Below the pieces are notes generated by a model that did not search any database, was not told the DNA's origin, and saw nothing but the letters and a program-made list of their open reading frames with translations. Positions 18,282-27,885 of a stretch of DNA of 64,000 bases are shown here, piece by piece. The stretch covers positions 13,700-77,699 of the forward strand of contig JAGVZY010000007.1 in the NCBI GenBank assembly GCA_018302225.1. Direction: 5' to 3'. Numbering within the stretch: the first letter of the stretch is position 1; each line of letters opens with the position of its first letter. This DNA is from Candidatus Woesearchaeota archaeon (GTDB lineage Archaea > Nanobdellota > Nanobdellia > SCGC-AAA011-G17 > JAGVZY01). The position numbers were made by a program, and so were the translations under genes.

Positions 18282-18698
18282 ATGTCTTATAAATACCTAG
18301 AACATGAAGCTGATTTAGGATTAGAAGCTAAAGGTTCTTCTTTAAATAAAATGTTTGAATATGGTGCTATTGGGTTATTTAATGCTATGTCTGATATTAA
18401 AAAAGTAAAACCTCTAAAATCGATTAATATAAAATGTACCGCCGATGAGATTTCAACTTTATATATAGAATTCTTAAACGCTTTATTAGCCCAAAAAGAC
18501 ATAACTGGAATGTTATTTTCAAAATTTGAAGTAAAAGTTTCTGAAAAAAAGCCTTTTTCATTAAAAGCAAAATGTTATGGTGAAAAATTTGATGCTAAAA
18601 AACATAAAGCAAAAACAGAAGTTAAAGCTGCGACTTATTTTGGATTAAAATATGTTCATGATAAAGATTATAAAATCATTTGTGTATTGGATTTGTAA
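18282..18698 (+). CDS. archease
   Basis: YLEHEADLGLEAKG N-terminal archease signature, about 140 aa, immediately upstream of rtcB. Confidence 0.75.
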   Translation: MSYKYLEHEADLGLEAKGSSLNKMFEYGAIGLFNAMSDIKKVKPLKSINIKCTADEISTLYIEFLNALLAQKDITGMLFSKFEVKVSEKKPFSLKAKCYGEKFDAKKHKAKTEVKAATYFGLKYVHDKDYKIICVLDL

Positions 18699-18699
18699 A

Positions 18700-20154
18700 A
18701 TGGAAAAAATAGAAGTTAAAAAAATAAATGAATATCTTTGGGAAATTCCAAAGCATGGAGAAATGCTAGTTCCGGGTAGAATCTATGGGGATAAACCAAT
18801 TATTAATCATTTACTTAAAGATATTAAAGAAGGTAAAGAATGGAATGCATTACAACAAATAAAGAATGTTGCATGCCTTCCTGGAATACAAAAAGCTTCT
18901 CTAGCCATGGCAGATATTCATCCAGGTTATGGTTTTCCAATTGGGGGAATTGGTGCTTTTGATTTAGACTCTGGAGTAATTGCGGTAGGAGGAGTTGGAT
19001 TTGATTGTAATTGTGGTGTTAGAGTTTTAAAAACACCTTATGTAAGAAAAGATATAGAAAAAATAAAAGAAAAACTAGCAGATATTTTATTTAAAATAAT
19101 TCCTGCAGGTTTAGGTTCTGAAGGAGAAATAAAATTAACAATGTCTGAAATTGATGAATTACTAATCAAAGGCTCAGAATTTGCAATAAAAAAAGGTTAT
19201 GGTACTAAAGATGATTTAGAATTTACAGAAGATGAAGGTAAAGTAAAAAATGCTAATCCTAAAGATGTTAGTAATCTAGCAAAAAAACGTGAATTAAAAC
19301 AAATAGGAACTTTAGGTTCTGGGAATCATTATTTAGAAGTTCAATATGTAAATGAAATTTATGATGAAAAAGCTGCTAAAAAATTTGGTTTATTCAAAGA
19401 TCAAATTTTAATTGCAATTCATTGTGGCTCAAGAGGTCTTGGACACCAAATAGGAACAGATTATCTAAAAACTTTAGATCAAGCAAGTAAAAAATATAAT
19501 ATTCCTATAAGCGAAAAAGAATTAGTCTGTGCTCCAATTAAAAGTCCTGAAGGACAAGCTTATTTCTCTGCAACTTGCTGTGGAATAAATTGTGCATTTG
19601 CAAATAGACAAGTTTTAACACATCTAACAAGAGAAGCTTTCAAAGAAGCAGATTTAGATAATTCAGAAATAAAAACTTTTTACGATATTGGACATAATAC
19701 TGCAAAATTAGAAAAGCACGATGTAGATAAAAAGAAAAAAGAATTAATGGTTCTAAGAAAAGGATGTACTCGGGCTTTTGGTCCAGATAGAGAAGAAGTT
19801 CCAGAACAATATAGAAGTGTTGGACAACCAGTTTTAGTTGGTGGTACAATGGGAACTTCATCCTATATATTACATGGAACTTCAAAAGGAATGCAAGAAA
19901 CTTTCGGAAGTGCAATTCATGGTGCAGGACGTTCAATGTCAAGAGCACAAGCAACTAAATCTTGGAGAGGTTCTGAAATTATTAATTCTCTAAAAAATAA
20001 AGGAATTATAATCAAAGGCCATAGTTTAGCAGGAGTTGCCGAAGAATCTCCTGGTGCATATAAAAATGTAGATGAAATTGTAAATGTAATGCATAATGCA
20101 GGAATAGCAATGAAAGTTGTAGATGTAAAACCATTAATTTCTATTAAAGGTTAG
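18700..20154 (+). CDS. rtcB: tRNA-splicing ligase RtcB
   Basis: Full-length RtcB-like (GNHY, HNTAKLEKH, HGAGR motifs). Likely start ATG 18700 (MEKIEVKK) overlapping the archease stop; no intein. Confidence 0.9.
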   Translation: MEKIEVKKINEYLWEIPKHGEMLVPGRIYGDKPIINHLLKDIKEGKEWNALQQIKNVACLPGIQKASLAMADIHPGYGFPIGGIGAFDLDSGVIAVGGVGFDCNCGVRVLKTPYVRKDIEKIKEKLADILFKIIPAGLGSEGEIKLTMSEIDELLIKGSEFAIKKGYGTKDDLEFTEDEGKVKNANPKDVSNLAKKRELKQIGTLGSGNHYLEVQYVNEIYDEKAAKKFGLFKDQILIAIHCGSRGLGHQIGTDYLKTLDQASKKYNIPISEKELVCAPIKSPEGQAYFSATCCGINCAFANRQVLTHLTREAFKEADLDNSEIKTFYDIGHNTAKLEKHDVDKKKKELMVLRKGCTRAFGPDREEVPEQYRSVGQPVLVGGTMGTSSYILHGTSKGMQETFGSAIHGAGRSMSRAQATKSWRGSEIINSLKNKGIIIKGHSLAGVAEESPGAYKNVDEIVNVMHNAGIAMKVVDVKPLISIKG

Positions 20155-20215
20155 TTTTATATATTTTTTTAGATAAAACAAGAATAGGGATCAATTAGAA
20201 ATAACTGATAAAATA

Positions 20216-20658
20216 TTGGCTATTGCAAATTCTGAAGAAGAAATAAATTTAGCAATCAATTTAAGAAATAAAATATATGGATATCTAAAATTTAGGCCTT
20301 ACAATTCGAAGACAGAAAGGCATGAAAAAATTATAAGATGGAAAAGAACAGCCCATTAAATATTTGAAGATGGTTATGTATATCAAGGAAAAGCTTGCAC
20401 AGATTTAGTCATAGCCTTTTTAGCTTTAGCTAAAGTAAAAAAATTTAATACTAAATTTGTAAAATTATATAATTCTAAACAAACACATTCTGTTGCAGAA
20501 ATATATATTAATAATAAATGGTATATTTATGATATTTCTTCTAATAACTCAGAACCTTATGTTGGAAGATATACTCAAAATAAAAAGATTAATGATTGGG
20601 GCTTATGGAAAAAAGGAAAAGATGCTTGGGATATAAATCTAACAGAATATAAATAAAA
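20216..20658 (+). pseudogene. transglutaminase-like cysteine-peptidase core gene interrupted by an in-frame TAA (20357-20359); no ATG start (possible TTG 20216)
   Basis: Conceptual translation ...KIIRWKRTAH*IFEDGYVYQGKACTDLVIAFLALAKV...HSVAEIYINNKWYIYD shows a Cys-His-Asp transglutaminase-like core split by a stop. Confidence 0.4.
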
Positions 20659-20735
20659 TTTTACCTAAATAATCTTAAATTCACACCCCCTAAAATATAA
20701 AATGACTAAATTCTTCCTTTTATAAAATTTATTAT

Positions 20736-21182
20736 TTAATTAGTATTTGTGGCTCTTTTTTCAGAAGTAGAAACCTTAAATGATTTCCTAAAATAATTCA
20801 TATATAAACCCATTGTTGGACCTATTAGAGGAGATAATAAAGCTAAGTTTTTGTATCCTTTTATCATTTTATTAAAGTTTAATTCTCCATCTTGAACTAA
20901 ACCACCAATTCCTACTGCAAGCCCATATATTGGAACCTGAAATATATTAAATGCCACTAAGTCTACGAGATATTTTTTAATTTTAGAACTTTTTTCAGTT
21001 GTTTTTGTTTTTTTATATAAAAAATCTCTCCACAACCCATAAGGCCCCCCAGTAACACTATTCATTAACGTAGCCGAAGCCCTTGAACCAATTATTCCTT
21101 TAAGAGTTTTTAATCCAGTATAATAATCTAATCCTGCACCCAATATTAAAGAATAACTTATACTCCCTAAAGTATCAACCAA
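20736..21182 (-). CDS. hypothetical membrane protein
   Basis: 148-aa ORF, Gly-rich hydrophobic segments. Confidence 0.35.
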   Translation of the reverse strand: MVDTLGSISYSLILGAGLDYYTGLKTLKGIIGSRASATLMNSVTGGPYGLWRDFLYKKTKTTEKSSKIKKYLVDLVAFNIFQVPIYGLAVGIGGLVQDGELNFNKMIKGYKNLALLSPLIGPTMGLYMNYFRKSFKVSTSEKRATNTN

Positions 21183-21371
21183 ACCTGTATAACCTAAAGA
21201 ATCTTTATTATTGAAAAATGTCGGTTTTTTTAATTTAAAATTATCTTATCCAATTAAATTAGGTTTATTTATCATACCTCATTTTTATTCTTTAAACTTA
21301 TATTAAATTTACTTCAAAAATATTGCTAAAAATAAGAATATTTATATATTTATTCTTACTTTTGTTAAATT

Positions 21372-22331
21372 ATGGACAATATAGATAAAAAAATCCTTTT
21401 TGAATTAGATAAGAATGCTAGGAAGAGTATTAAGAAAATGGCTCATGAGCTTAAAATGAAAAGGAGTACATTAGCTTATAGAATCAAACAATTAGAAAAA
21501 AATAAGATTATTCAAAGTTATTACGCAGTTATAGATTATTCTAAATTAGGTTATAATATTTTAGTTAGGATTTATATCAAATTTCAAAATACTTCATTAG
21601 AAATAGAAAAAGAATTTATTGATTATGTTTTATCTCAGAATGAAACGTTTACTGTTTACAAGACAGAAGGAGATTGGGATCTTACGATTGGTTTTCTTGG
21701 AAAAAAATTAAGTGAATTTGATAGATTTTATAAAAAAATTAAAGAAAAATATAAAATTTATATTCACTCCCAAAATATTTCTCTTTTTAGGCAATATATT
21801 CAATATTATAGAAATTATTTAGTTGATAAAAAAGTGAGAGACTATTCTTCTTTGATTACAGGAGAAGGAGAATTAGTAAAAGTTGATGAAATTGACCTTA
21901 AACTCTTAAATCTTATATCCGAAAATGCAAGAATTTCCCTATTAGATTTGTCTAAACAACTTAAAATGACTTCTATGACAACAAGATATCGATTAAAAGG
22001 ATTAGAGAAAGAAAGGATTTTAATAGGGTATAGAGTTTTGTTAAATCTTTCAAAATTAGACTATGAATATTATAAAATTGATTTAGAAATAGAGGATATC
22101 AAAAAGATTAAATTACTCCAACAATTCGCAAAACAGCATCCAAGTATTATCTATGAAGATAGAACTGTGGGAGGATCTGATTTTGAGTTTGATGCTGAGT
22201 TACAAGGATATGATGCGTTTTATTCACTAATTGAAGAATTAAAAAAGGAATTTCCTGGGTTAATAAAAACTTATAGGTATTATAAAGCAAAAAAGATTTT
22301 CAAATATTCTTTTTTTCCTAAATTTAATTGA
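21372..22331 (+). CDS. tandem-duplicated (fused) Lrp/AsnC-family transcription regulator
   Basis: Two HTH_AsnC-like segments (DKKILFELDKNARKSIKKMAHELKM...; DLKLLNLISENARISLLDLSKQLKM...), each followed by a RAM-like domain. Confidence 0.6.
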   Translation: MDNIDKKILFELDKNARKSIKKMAHELKMKRSTLAYRIKQLEKNKIIQSYYAVIDYSKLGYNILVRIYIKFQNTSLEIEKEFIDYVLSQNETFTVYKTEGDWDLTIGFLGKKLSEFDRFYKKIKEKYKIYIHSQNISLFRQYIQYYRNYLVDKKVRDYSSLITGEGELVKVDEIDLKLLNLISENARISLLDLSKQLKMTSMTTRYRLKGLEKERILIGYRVLLNLSKLDYEYYKIDLEIEDIKKIKLLQQFAKQHPSIIYEDRTVGGSDFEFDAELQGYDAFYSLIEELKKEFPGLIKTYRYYKAKKIFKYSFFPKFN

Positions 22332-22435
22332 ACCATTTTTATAATTGAAATTAACCATATTTTGGGTCTTTTTAAGAATCTTCTAAGATTTTTATCAAAA
22401 TCTTTAAAAATCTTACCCTCTTTTCTAAACAGATT

Positions 22436-23131
22436 ATGAATCAAAAATTAAAATTAGATGATGATGTAAGACCCATTTTAGTGAGGATGGAAGATAGTAT
22501 AATTCTTGATTTATTTGAAAGGGCACAATTCAAAACTAATGATATTGCTTATACTATTGGTGGATTAGAAATTCCTGAATTTAAGGTAAGCTTTTTTGAA
22601 TATCTTTTCAGAGGTATAGAAGAAGTACATGCAAAAGCTGGAAGATATGAACATCCCGAAGAACATTCTTTTTTCGATAAAATGCCTAAACCCATTGTTA
22701 AAAGAAAGAAAGTAGTTTCACCCATTAAAATCTTTGACATAAATGTAAATGAAAAAATAAAGGAAATATATTTAGAAGCATTAAAAAGTATTTGTATTCC
22801 AGGGGATGATGACCATTATGGTTCTAGTATTGTTTTAGATATTAAAACATTACAAGACCTATCAAGAAGAGTTCACTATGGCAATTATGTAGCTGAAGCT
22901 AAATTCCAAGAAGATCCAGAAGGATATTCTGAGTTAATTAAAGCGAGAAACACAGAAGGTATTATGGAAAGATTAACTAATTTAAATGTTGAAAGAGACC
23001 TTCTCGAAAGAGTGAGAACTAAAGGTAAAAGATATAATGTTAATCCAGTTTTAATAGAATCTTTTTTTAAAGATAAAATAATTCCCTTAACTAAAGAAGT
23101 AGAAATTGAATATTTTTATAAATTAGAATAA
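22436..23131 (+). CDS. hypothetical protein (weak chorismate-mutase-like N-terminal helix)
   Basis: 231-aa ORF; only a weak R..L.R.ED.I..L.ER pattern. Confidence 0.3.
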   Translation: MNQKLKLDDDVRPILVRMEDSIILDLFERAQFKTNDIAYTIGGLEIPEFKVSFFEYLFRGIEEVHAKAGRYEHPEEHSFFDKMPKPIVKRKKVVSPIKIFDINVNEKIKEIYLEALKSICIPGDDDHYGSSIVLDIKTLQDLSRRVHYGNYVAEAKFQEDPEGYSELIKARNTEGIMERLTNLNVERDLLERVRTKGKRYNVNPVLIESFFKDKIIPLTKEVEIEYFYKLE

Positions 23132-23133
23132 AA

Positions 23134-23874
23134 TTAAATTAATTCTTCTGGCGTTATTATTTTAGTAGCTAAACATAAAATATTTTTATAGCTTTTTTCA
23201 TTTACAAAAATTGGAATAAAATCTTTTTCTGCAAAATATTCTTTATTTCCTTTTGCAATAAGATCTCCTTTTTTTACTTCTTTAAAATTAATCATAAAAG
23301 GATTAGCATTATCTTCACCATAAATAATATCTATAACCTGGTAAATAATTAAAGGCTCCCTATTAGAAGAATGCTCTTCATTGATATTATTTAACGCCCC
23401 CATAACCTCATCAACAATTTCTTTTTTTTCATGAGGTCCAACTTCTAAACTTATCCCACAAGAGACATGATCAATCAATGCTTTACCGCTTGCAAGATTT
23501 GAGGGCATAATCACTAATTTACTTAACCCCAATTTTTGTACTAAATTTATTTTTTCTTTACTAAATTGAGTAATAATTCCAAATAAGTCTGTATCACCAG
23601 AAGAAGAATGAATATCTATAATATATTTAAAGTCTTTTAGTTTTTCTAAAAGAAAAAAAGCTCTTTTTTCTTCTTCATCTCCAAAAGGATTACCGGGAAA
23701 AACCCTATTTAAATCAGAATCGATAGATCTTGTTTTATGTTCAATTGCTTTTGGATTTCCAATAAAAATAGGAATCTCTTTTGAAATCTTATCTATTACT
23801 TCTAATCCAAAGAGCTCGTCTCCATGCAAACACACTACGACCGCATAATCTTTCATTATATCATCCCAATACAA
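23134..23874 (-). CDS. succinylglutamate desuccinylase / aspartoacylase (AstE/AspA) family zinc hydrolase
   Basis: HGDE...G, DLNRVFPG and the second His/Glu region typical of the family. Confidence 0.6.
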   Translation of the reverse strand: MYWDDIMKDYAVVVCLHGDELFGLEVIDKISKEIPIFIGNPKAIEHKTRSIDSDLNRVFPGNPFGDEEEKRAFFLLEKLKDFKYIIDIHSSSGDTDLFGIITQFSKEKINLVQKLGLSKLVIMPSNLASGKALIDHVSCGISLEVGPHEKKEIVDEVMGALNNINEEHSSNREPLIIYQVIDIIYGEDNANPFMINFKEVKKGDLIAKGNKEYFAEKDFIPIFVNEKSYKNILCLATKIITPEELI

Positions 23875-24557
23875 ACAATAGAATCACCTGCAAGATAGTC
23901 TAATTTAAGTATTTTATTAAATAATTTACTTGATTTAGAATGGAAGGGTATATTATTAGCATAAAGAGACTTTCCGTAAGCTCCCCTTACAACCCCCAAT
24001 TCATCAATATTTGCATTAATTTCTTTTGCAAAATTATTTCTTATATTATATAATTTATTAGAAATTTTACAATCTTCCCCATTTTTACTTGAACATATAA
24101 TCTCACAATCTAAACTAGGACAAATAGTAGAACATATTTTTTCTAATGCTCTATGCATTCTTGGATTTTGAGTTTTTAAACCTAAAAATTTTTCTTCCCC
24201 TCTTTTAACTTGGTTTGTTAAATTTCTAAAAACATCATGTCCTTGCATATCTGGATGAAAAGCTACGCCTTCTACATAAAGTAAGGGTTCGCTAATTATT
24301 TTTTTATGCGTATAAAAACCAACTCCTCCAACTTTTTGACCTAAAAATAAAATATAGGTTTCATCAGGACAAATAAAATGAGTTTTAATATCCTCTTCAG
24401 TCATTTCACTTCCAAAAGCAGCTCTTACAACATAAATCACCTCTTGAAAAACCTGAGGATTTTTATTAATAAATGAAATAGGTTTGATAATTTTCTCTAA
24501 TACTCCCCCACAAATTTCTGCAACTTTCAATTTTTCATCCTTAATTGGTAGACTCAT
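23856..24557 (-). CDS. hypothetical protein, possibly acyl-CoA N-acyltransferase-like
   Basis: ORF track gives 23856-24680. Start trimmed to Met42 (MSLPIKDEK) to avoid an 83-nt overlap with the upstream gene. No strong motif. Confidence 0.35.
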   Translation of the reverse strand: MSLPIKDEKLKVAEICGGVLEKIIKPISFINKNPQVFQEVIYVVRAAFGSEMTEEDIKTHFICPDETYILFLGQKVGGVGFYTHKKIISEPLLYVEGVAFHPDMQGHDVFRNLTNQVKRGEEKFLGLKTQNPRMHRALEKICSTICPSLDCEIICSSKNGEDCKISNKLYNIRNNFAKEINANIDELGVVRGAYGKSLYANNIPFHSKSSKLFNKILKLDYLAGDSIVCIGMI

Positions 24558-24597
24558 ATTATACCAAATCAAGAAAAAACTATTTAAAAGTTTCCAT

Positions 24598-25194
24598 TTA
24601 TGCAGGGGATATAAGAATGTGATTTTTTTGGGTGATTTTTTTAGGAATTTCTTGCCAATAACATTTTCTTTTATTCTCAATTATATACCTTTGCCTAACC
24701 AAATCAAAATAATCCGCTTTTTCTTTATAAAGCATTAATCTTGAATCGGGAGGATTCTGAAGATGATATTTAAGGTTTTGATTTTTATGACAACAAGGCA
24801 TAATTGCAAAAGAGATTTCATTTTCTAAACCTATTTCAATAATTTTATCCCCTAATTCAGAACAAGGATGAATAGCTACTATAAAACTTTTTTCGGTAGA
24901 AAGATCCAATTTTTCATAAATACTTTTTTCAATATATTCAATTTCATATTTATCAAATAGTTTTTGCAATTTATGAAATCTTAACGGAATTTTTTTATCC
25001 ACCATCAAACTCTGCTTAACTAATCCGTTATACAAAAAACCTAAACTACATAATCCACTCCCTGCACACAAATCAATAAGAAGATTATAATTTAAAAAAA
25101 AAGGATTAATAGCAGAAATAAAATAAGTAACCTTTTGTAGCTCTTGATTCTTAAAACCTAAATCGAGAAGTTCTCGGGTAGGCAAAGAAATCAT
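24598..25194 (-). CDS. class I SAM-dependent methyltransferase
   Basis: Motif I LIDLCAGSGLCSLGF; small Rossmann-fold size. Confidence 0.5.
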   Translation of the reverse strand: MISLPTRELLDLGFKNQELQKVTYFISAINPFFLNYNLLIDLCAGSGLCSLGFLYNGLVKQSLMVDKKIPLRFHKLQKLFDKYEIEYIEKSIYEKLDLSTEKSFIVAIHPCSELGDKIIEIGLENEISFAIMPCCHKNQNLKYHLQNPPDSRLMLYKEKADYFDLVRQRYIIENKRKCYWQEIPKKITQKNHILISPA

Positions 25195-26252
25195 TTTTTA
25201 GTATAGTCAAAAAGCATATGGGATTTTACTTTACTTAATGTAACAGCTGCAACTTCTCTTGCCTTAACACTACCTTCTTCCAAAATATCTAAAATTTCAT
25301 TATCTTTATTTTCATAAAAAGTTCTTTTATCTTTATATTCTTCAAATCTTTCTGCTAAAGCTTTTGAAGCCATTTTTTTACAATCTCCACACCCCATATT
25401 AGCAGTACGACATTTCTGAGAAATATTTAAGTATTCATCATTTTTTAAATTAAATGCGAAATGCAAATCATAAACAGTACACTTTTCAGGATCTCCCGGG
25501 ATTATTAAAGATTGTCGAGTAAGGTCTATTTTCATCTTTTTAACGCCAGCCATAATAGTTTCTAAATCATCAGTAGGTAAAATTACATTTCCAAAACTTT
25601 TGCTCATTTTTCTTCCATCTGTACCCAAAATTCGTGGAGATTGAGTTAAACTATAATTAGGAATTGTAAAAACCTCCCCATAAAGATTGTTAAATCTTCT
25701 AGCTAATTCTTTAGTTAATTCTATGTGAGGAATTTGATCTCCTCCCACAGGAACTAAAGTAGTATTATATAATAAAATATCTGCAGCTTGAAGAATAGGA
25801 TATGCTAAAAATCCGAGAGAAATTTGACCTTTGGCCATTGCAATTTCTGCTATATCAAATTCCAATTTTTCTTCCTCTCCTTCTTCATAATTTTTTTGTA
25901 AAATAGTTGCAACATATCCTTTAAAGGTAGGAACCCTTTCAGCTCTTCCTAAATTAACTAACCTTTCAAGAATTAAACTTAATTCTGCATGTTGAGGCAC
26001 TTTTGATTGAATAAATAAAACGCTCTTTTTTGGATCAACCCCTGCGGCCAACCAATCCTTAACCATTTCAATAGTATCCTCTCTAATATCTTTTGTATCT
26101 GTTTGGGTAGTTATAGCGTGCCAATCAGCAACAAAATAAAAAGTTTTGTTTCCCCCATTTTGCATTTTAACCCAATTATCTAAAGCTCCAACAACATGAC
26201 CAATATGCAATCTTCCTGTTGGCCTCATCCCGCTTAAAATTCTTTCAACCAT
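25191..26252 (-). CDS. trpS: tryptophanyl-tRNA synthetase, bacterial type, with C-terminal C-x22-C-x6-C-x2-C motif
   Basis: SGMRPTGRLHIGH (HIGH), GGDQ, KMSKS motifs; 353 aa bacterial-type architecture. Cys258/281/288/291 spacing counted directly. Confidence 0.9.
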   Translation of the reverse strand: MVERILSGMRPTGRLHIGHVVGALDNWVKMQNGGNKTFYFVADWHAITTQTDTKDIREDTIEMVKDWLAAGVDPKKSVLFIQSKVPQHAELSLILERLVNLGRAERVPTFKGYVATILQKNYEEGEEEKLEFDIAEIAMAKGQISLGFLAYPILQAADILLYNTTLVPVGGDQIPHIELTKELARRFNNLYGEVFTIPNYSLTQSPRILGTDGRKMSKSFGNVILPTDDLETIMAGVKKMKIDLTRQSLIIPGDPEKCTVYDLHFAFNLKNDEYLNISQKCRTANMGCGDCKKMASKALAERFEEYKDKRTFYENKDNEILDILEEGSVKAREVAAVTLSKVKSHMLFDYTKK

Positions 26253-26333
26253 TTAATATTAAGAATTATAAAGATTTAAAAAACTTTCCTATATTCAATA
26301 TTTTAAACATTTAAAAGAGCCAACTGATTTATT

Positions 26334-26951
26334 TTAAATTCCTGACCAGACATAAATTCTAGCCACTTTTGCATCTGTTAAAGGGTTTACTGAATCATCA
26401 GTTGCAACAGCTAACACAACTGACCTTGAAAATATTTGAGCAGTTTGAGACATTTTTGCAGGAACACAATTATCTCCAACTGGATTAACAACAAAAGCAT
26501 AACTAAACTGAGGTGGGAGTGCTGCACCTTGTTCTGAAATAACTTCTTTAATTTTAGCTTCAACATATTCTCCAAATTCATGAGACGGCGGGGGATTTGT
26601 TAAAGGAGTTTTAAGATTTATTTTTTGACAAATACTTAAAAATTCATTATTTTGAATAATTTTATCTGCATTTGGGGGATTATCTTTCTTCCCATCAGGA
26701 TAATCTACTATTACATTAGAATAAATATAACATTTGTCAGTGTCAAAATCAGTTTTCAAAAAACATTCTCTCATACCTTCATCTTTCAAAATATCATCAA
26801 GTATTTTTGTATGAATCTCGCTCACAGCTTCAGAATTTCTAAAACCTAAATTATTAAACTCTTGTGGAGAAATTGAATAAATAAACATAAAAACTAAAAT
26901 AATTGAAATCACTGCTTCCAATGTCCTAATTACACCTTTTTTATTTGTCAC
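26334..26951 (-). CDS. putative type IV pilin-like (class III signal peptide) protein
   Basis: N-terminal KKG|VIRTLEAVISIILVFMFI: basic residues, Gly, then a hydrophobic helix. 4-nt overlap with the upstream paralogous-style gene. Confidence 0.35.
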   Translation of the reverse strand: MTNKKGVIRTLEAVISIILVFMFIYSISPQEFNNLGFRNSEAVSEIHTKILDDILKDEGMRECFLKTDFDTDKCYIYSNVIVDYPDGKKDNPPNADKIIQNNEFLSICQKINLKTPLTNPPPSHEFGEYVEAKIKEVISEQGAALPPQFSYAFVVNPVGDNCVPAKMSQTAQIFSRSVVLAVATDDSVNPLTDAKVARIYVWSGI

Positions 26952-27613
26952 GAATCTTTACCAACCCTACCAGTAGATCTTGATTTACCATTATTTTTAA
27001 CTTCAACTTTGTCTGTTGCATCTTTTTTAAATGCAATTATAACTATACTTATAGAAAGTTCACATTTATTTGGAGCATCACAAATTATATCTGCGTTTTC
27101 AGTCTTGAGTCCAGAATTCTCTTTTAAATCTTCAAGATCAACTTCTCCAACACCTTGAGCATAATTAAACTTAAAATGTCCAGAAGAAATATCTTTATCC
27201 CTGCCAATGGGCAGATTATTTATACCAATCTTTGCTTCAATCTTTTCTTTATTTCCAGCAAGATATCTTTTTTTTCCTTGCGTAATAATATAAACTCCTT
27301 GCTCTAAATTATTTACAACTGTAGTTGCACCTGTACCTTCATCTTTCATAATCAAAGCACCAGTATCAGGATTACTTCTTTCCATATAACTTACTAAACT
27401 TTGAACAGTTGCATAAAAATTAGTTTCAACACCAGGTAAATCTAAATCAACAGCTCTTGATGTTTCAATATCAACATTCTCAATTAGTCCATTTAAATTA
27501 GAAATTGTTTTTGTTCTTGAAATAGAATTTGTAGTTACTAAAACACTATAGACAGCTAAACAAATAACAATAGACATAATCAAATACATCTGACCTCTTT
27601 TAGATATAAACAT
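26948..27613 (-). CDS. putative type IV pilin-like (class III signal peptide) protein
   Basis: N-terminal KRGQ|MYLIMSIVICLAVYSVLV resembles archaeal prepilin peptidase substrates. Confidence 0.35.
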   Translation of the reverse strand: MFISKRGQMYLIMSIVICLAVYSVLVTTNSISRTKTISNLNGLIENVDIETSRAVDLDLPGVETNFYATVQSLVSYMERSNPDTGALIMKDEGTGATTVVNNLEQGVYIITQGKKRYLAGNKEKIEAKIGINNLPIGRDKDISSGHFKFNYAQGVGEVDLEDLKENSGLKTENADIICDAPNKCELSISIVIIAFKKDATDKVEVKNNGKSRSTGRVGKDS

Positions 27614-27710
27614 AAATTAAATTAAAATCATTTTATTTATAAAGATACCCTCAAATAAATAAAAAAAGAGACATAAATTTTATAAAGCCTCTTTTAAATC
27701 TCTAACTTAA

Positions 27711-27842
27711 CCCATCCTAGCTCAATGGTAGAGCACTCGGCTGTAGCTTTAGAGCGCAGGCAAAGTTAATGTCCAAAAGACTAACAATGAAGACCTGACA
27801 GCCGATACCGAGTGGTTCCTGGTTCGAGTCCGGGGGATGGGA
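27711..27842 (+). tRNA. tRNA-Tyr (anticodon GTA) with 60-nt intron (27747-27806) at the canonical 37/38 position; C1:G72 base pair
   Basis: Manual fold: acceptor CCCATCC/GGATGGG, D arm GCTC-AATGGTA-GAGC, anticodon stem CTCGG/CCGAG interrupted by 60 nt after CTGTAG, T arm CCTGG-TTCGAGT-CCGGG, discriminator A. Confidence 0.75.
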
Positions 27843-27885
27843 CTAAATACATAAATAATAGTTTTTGCTTATCCAAGTATAAACT

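Noticed and set aside
18652-18699. Longer RtcB start (MFMIKIIKSFVYWICK)
   Set aside because: It overlaps the archease C-terminus in another frame. The conserved RtcB N-terminus starts at MEKIEVKK (18700).
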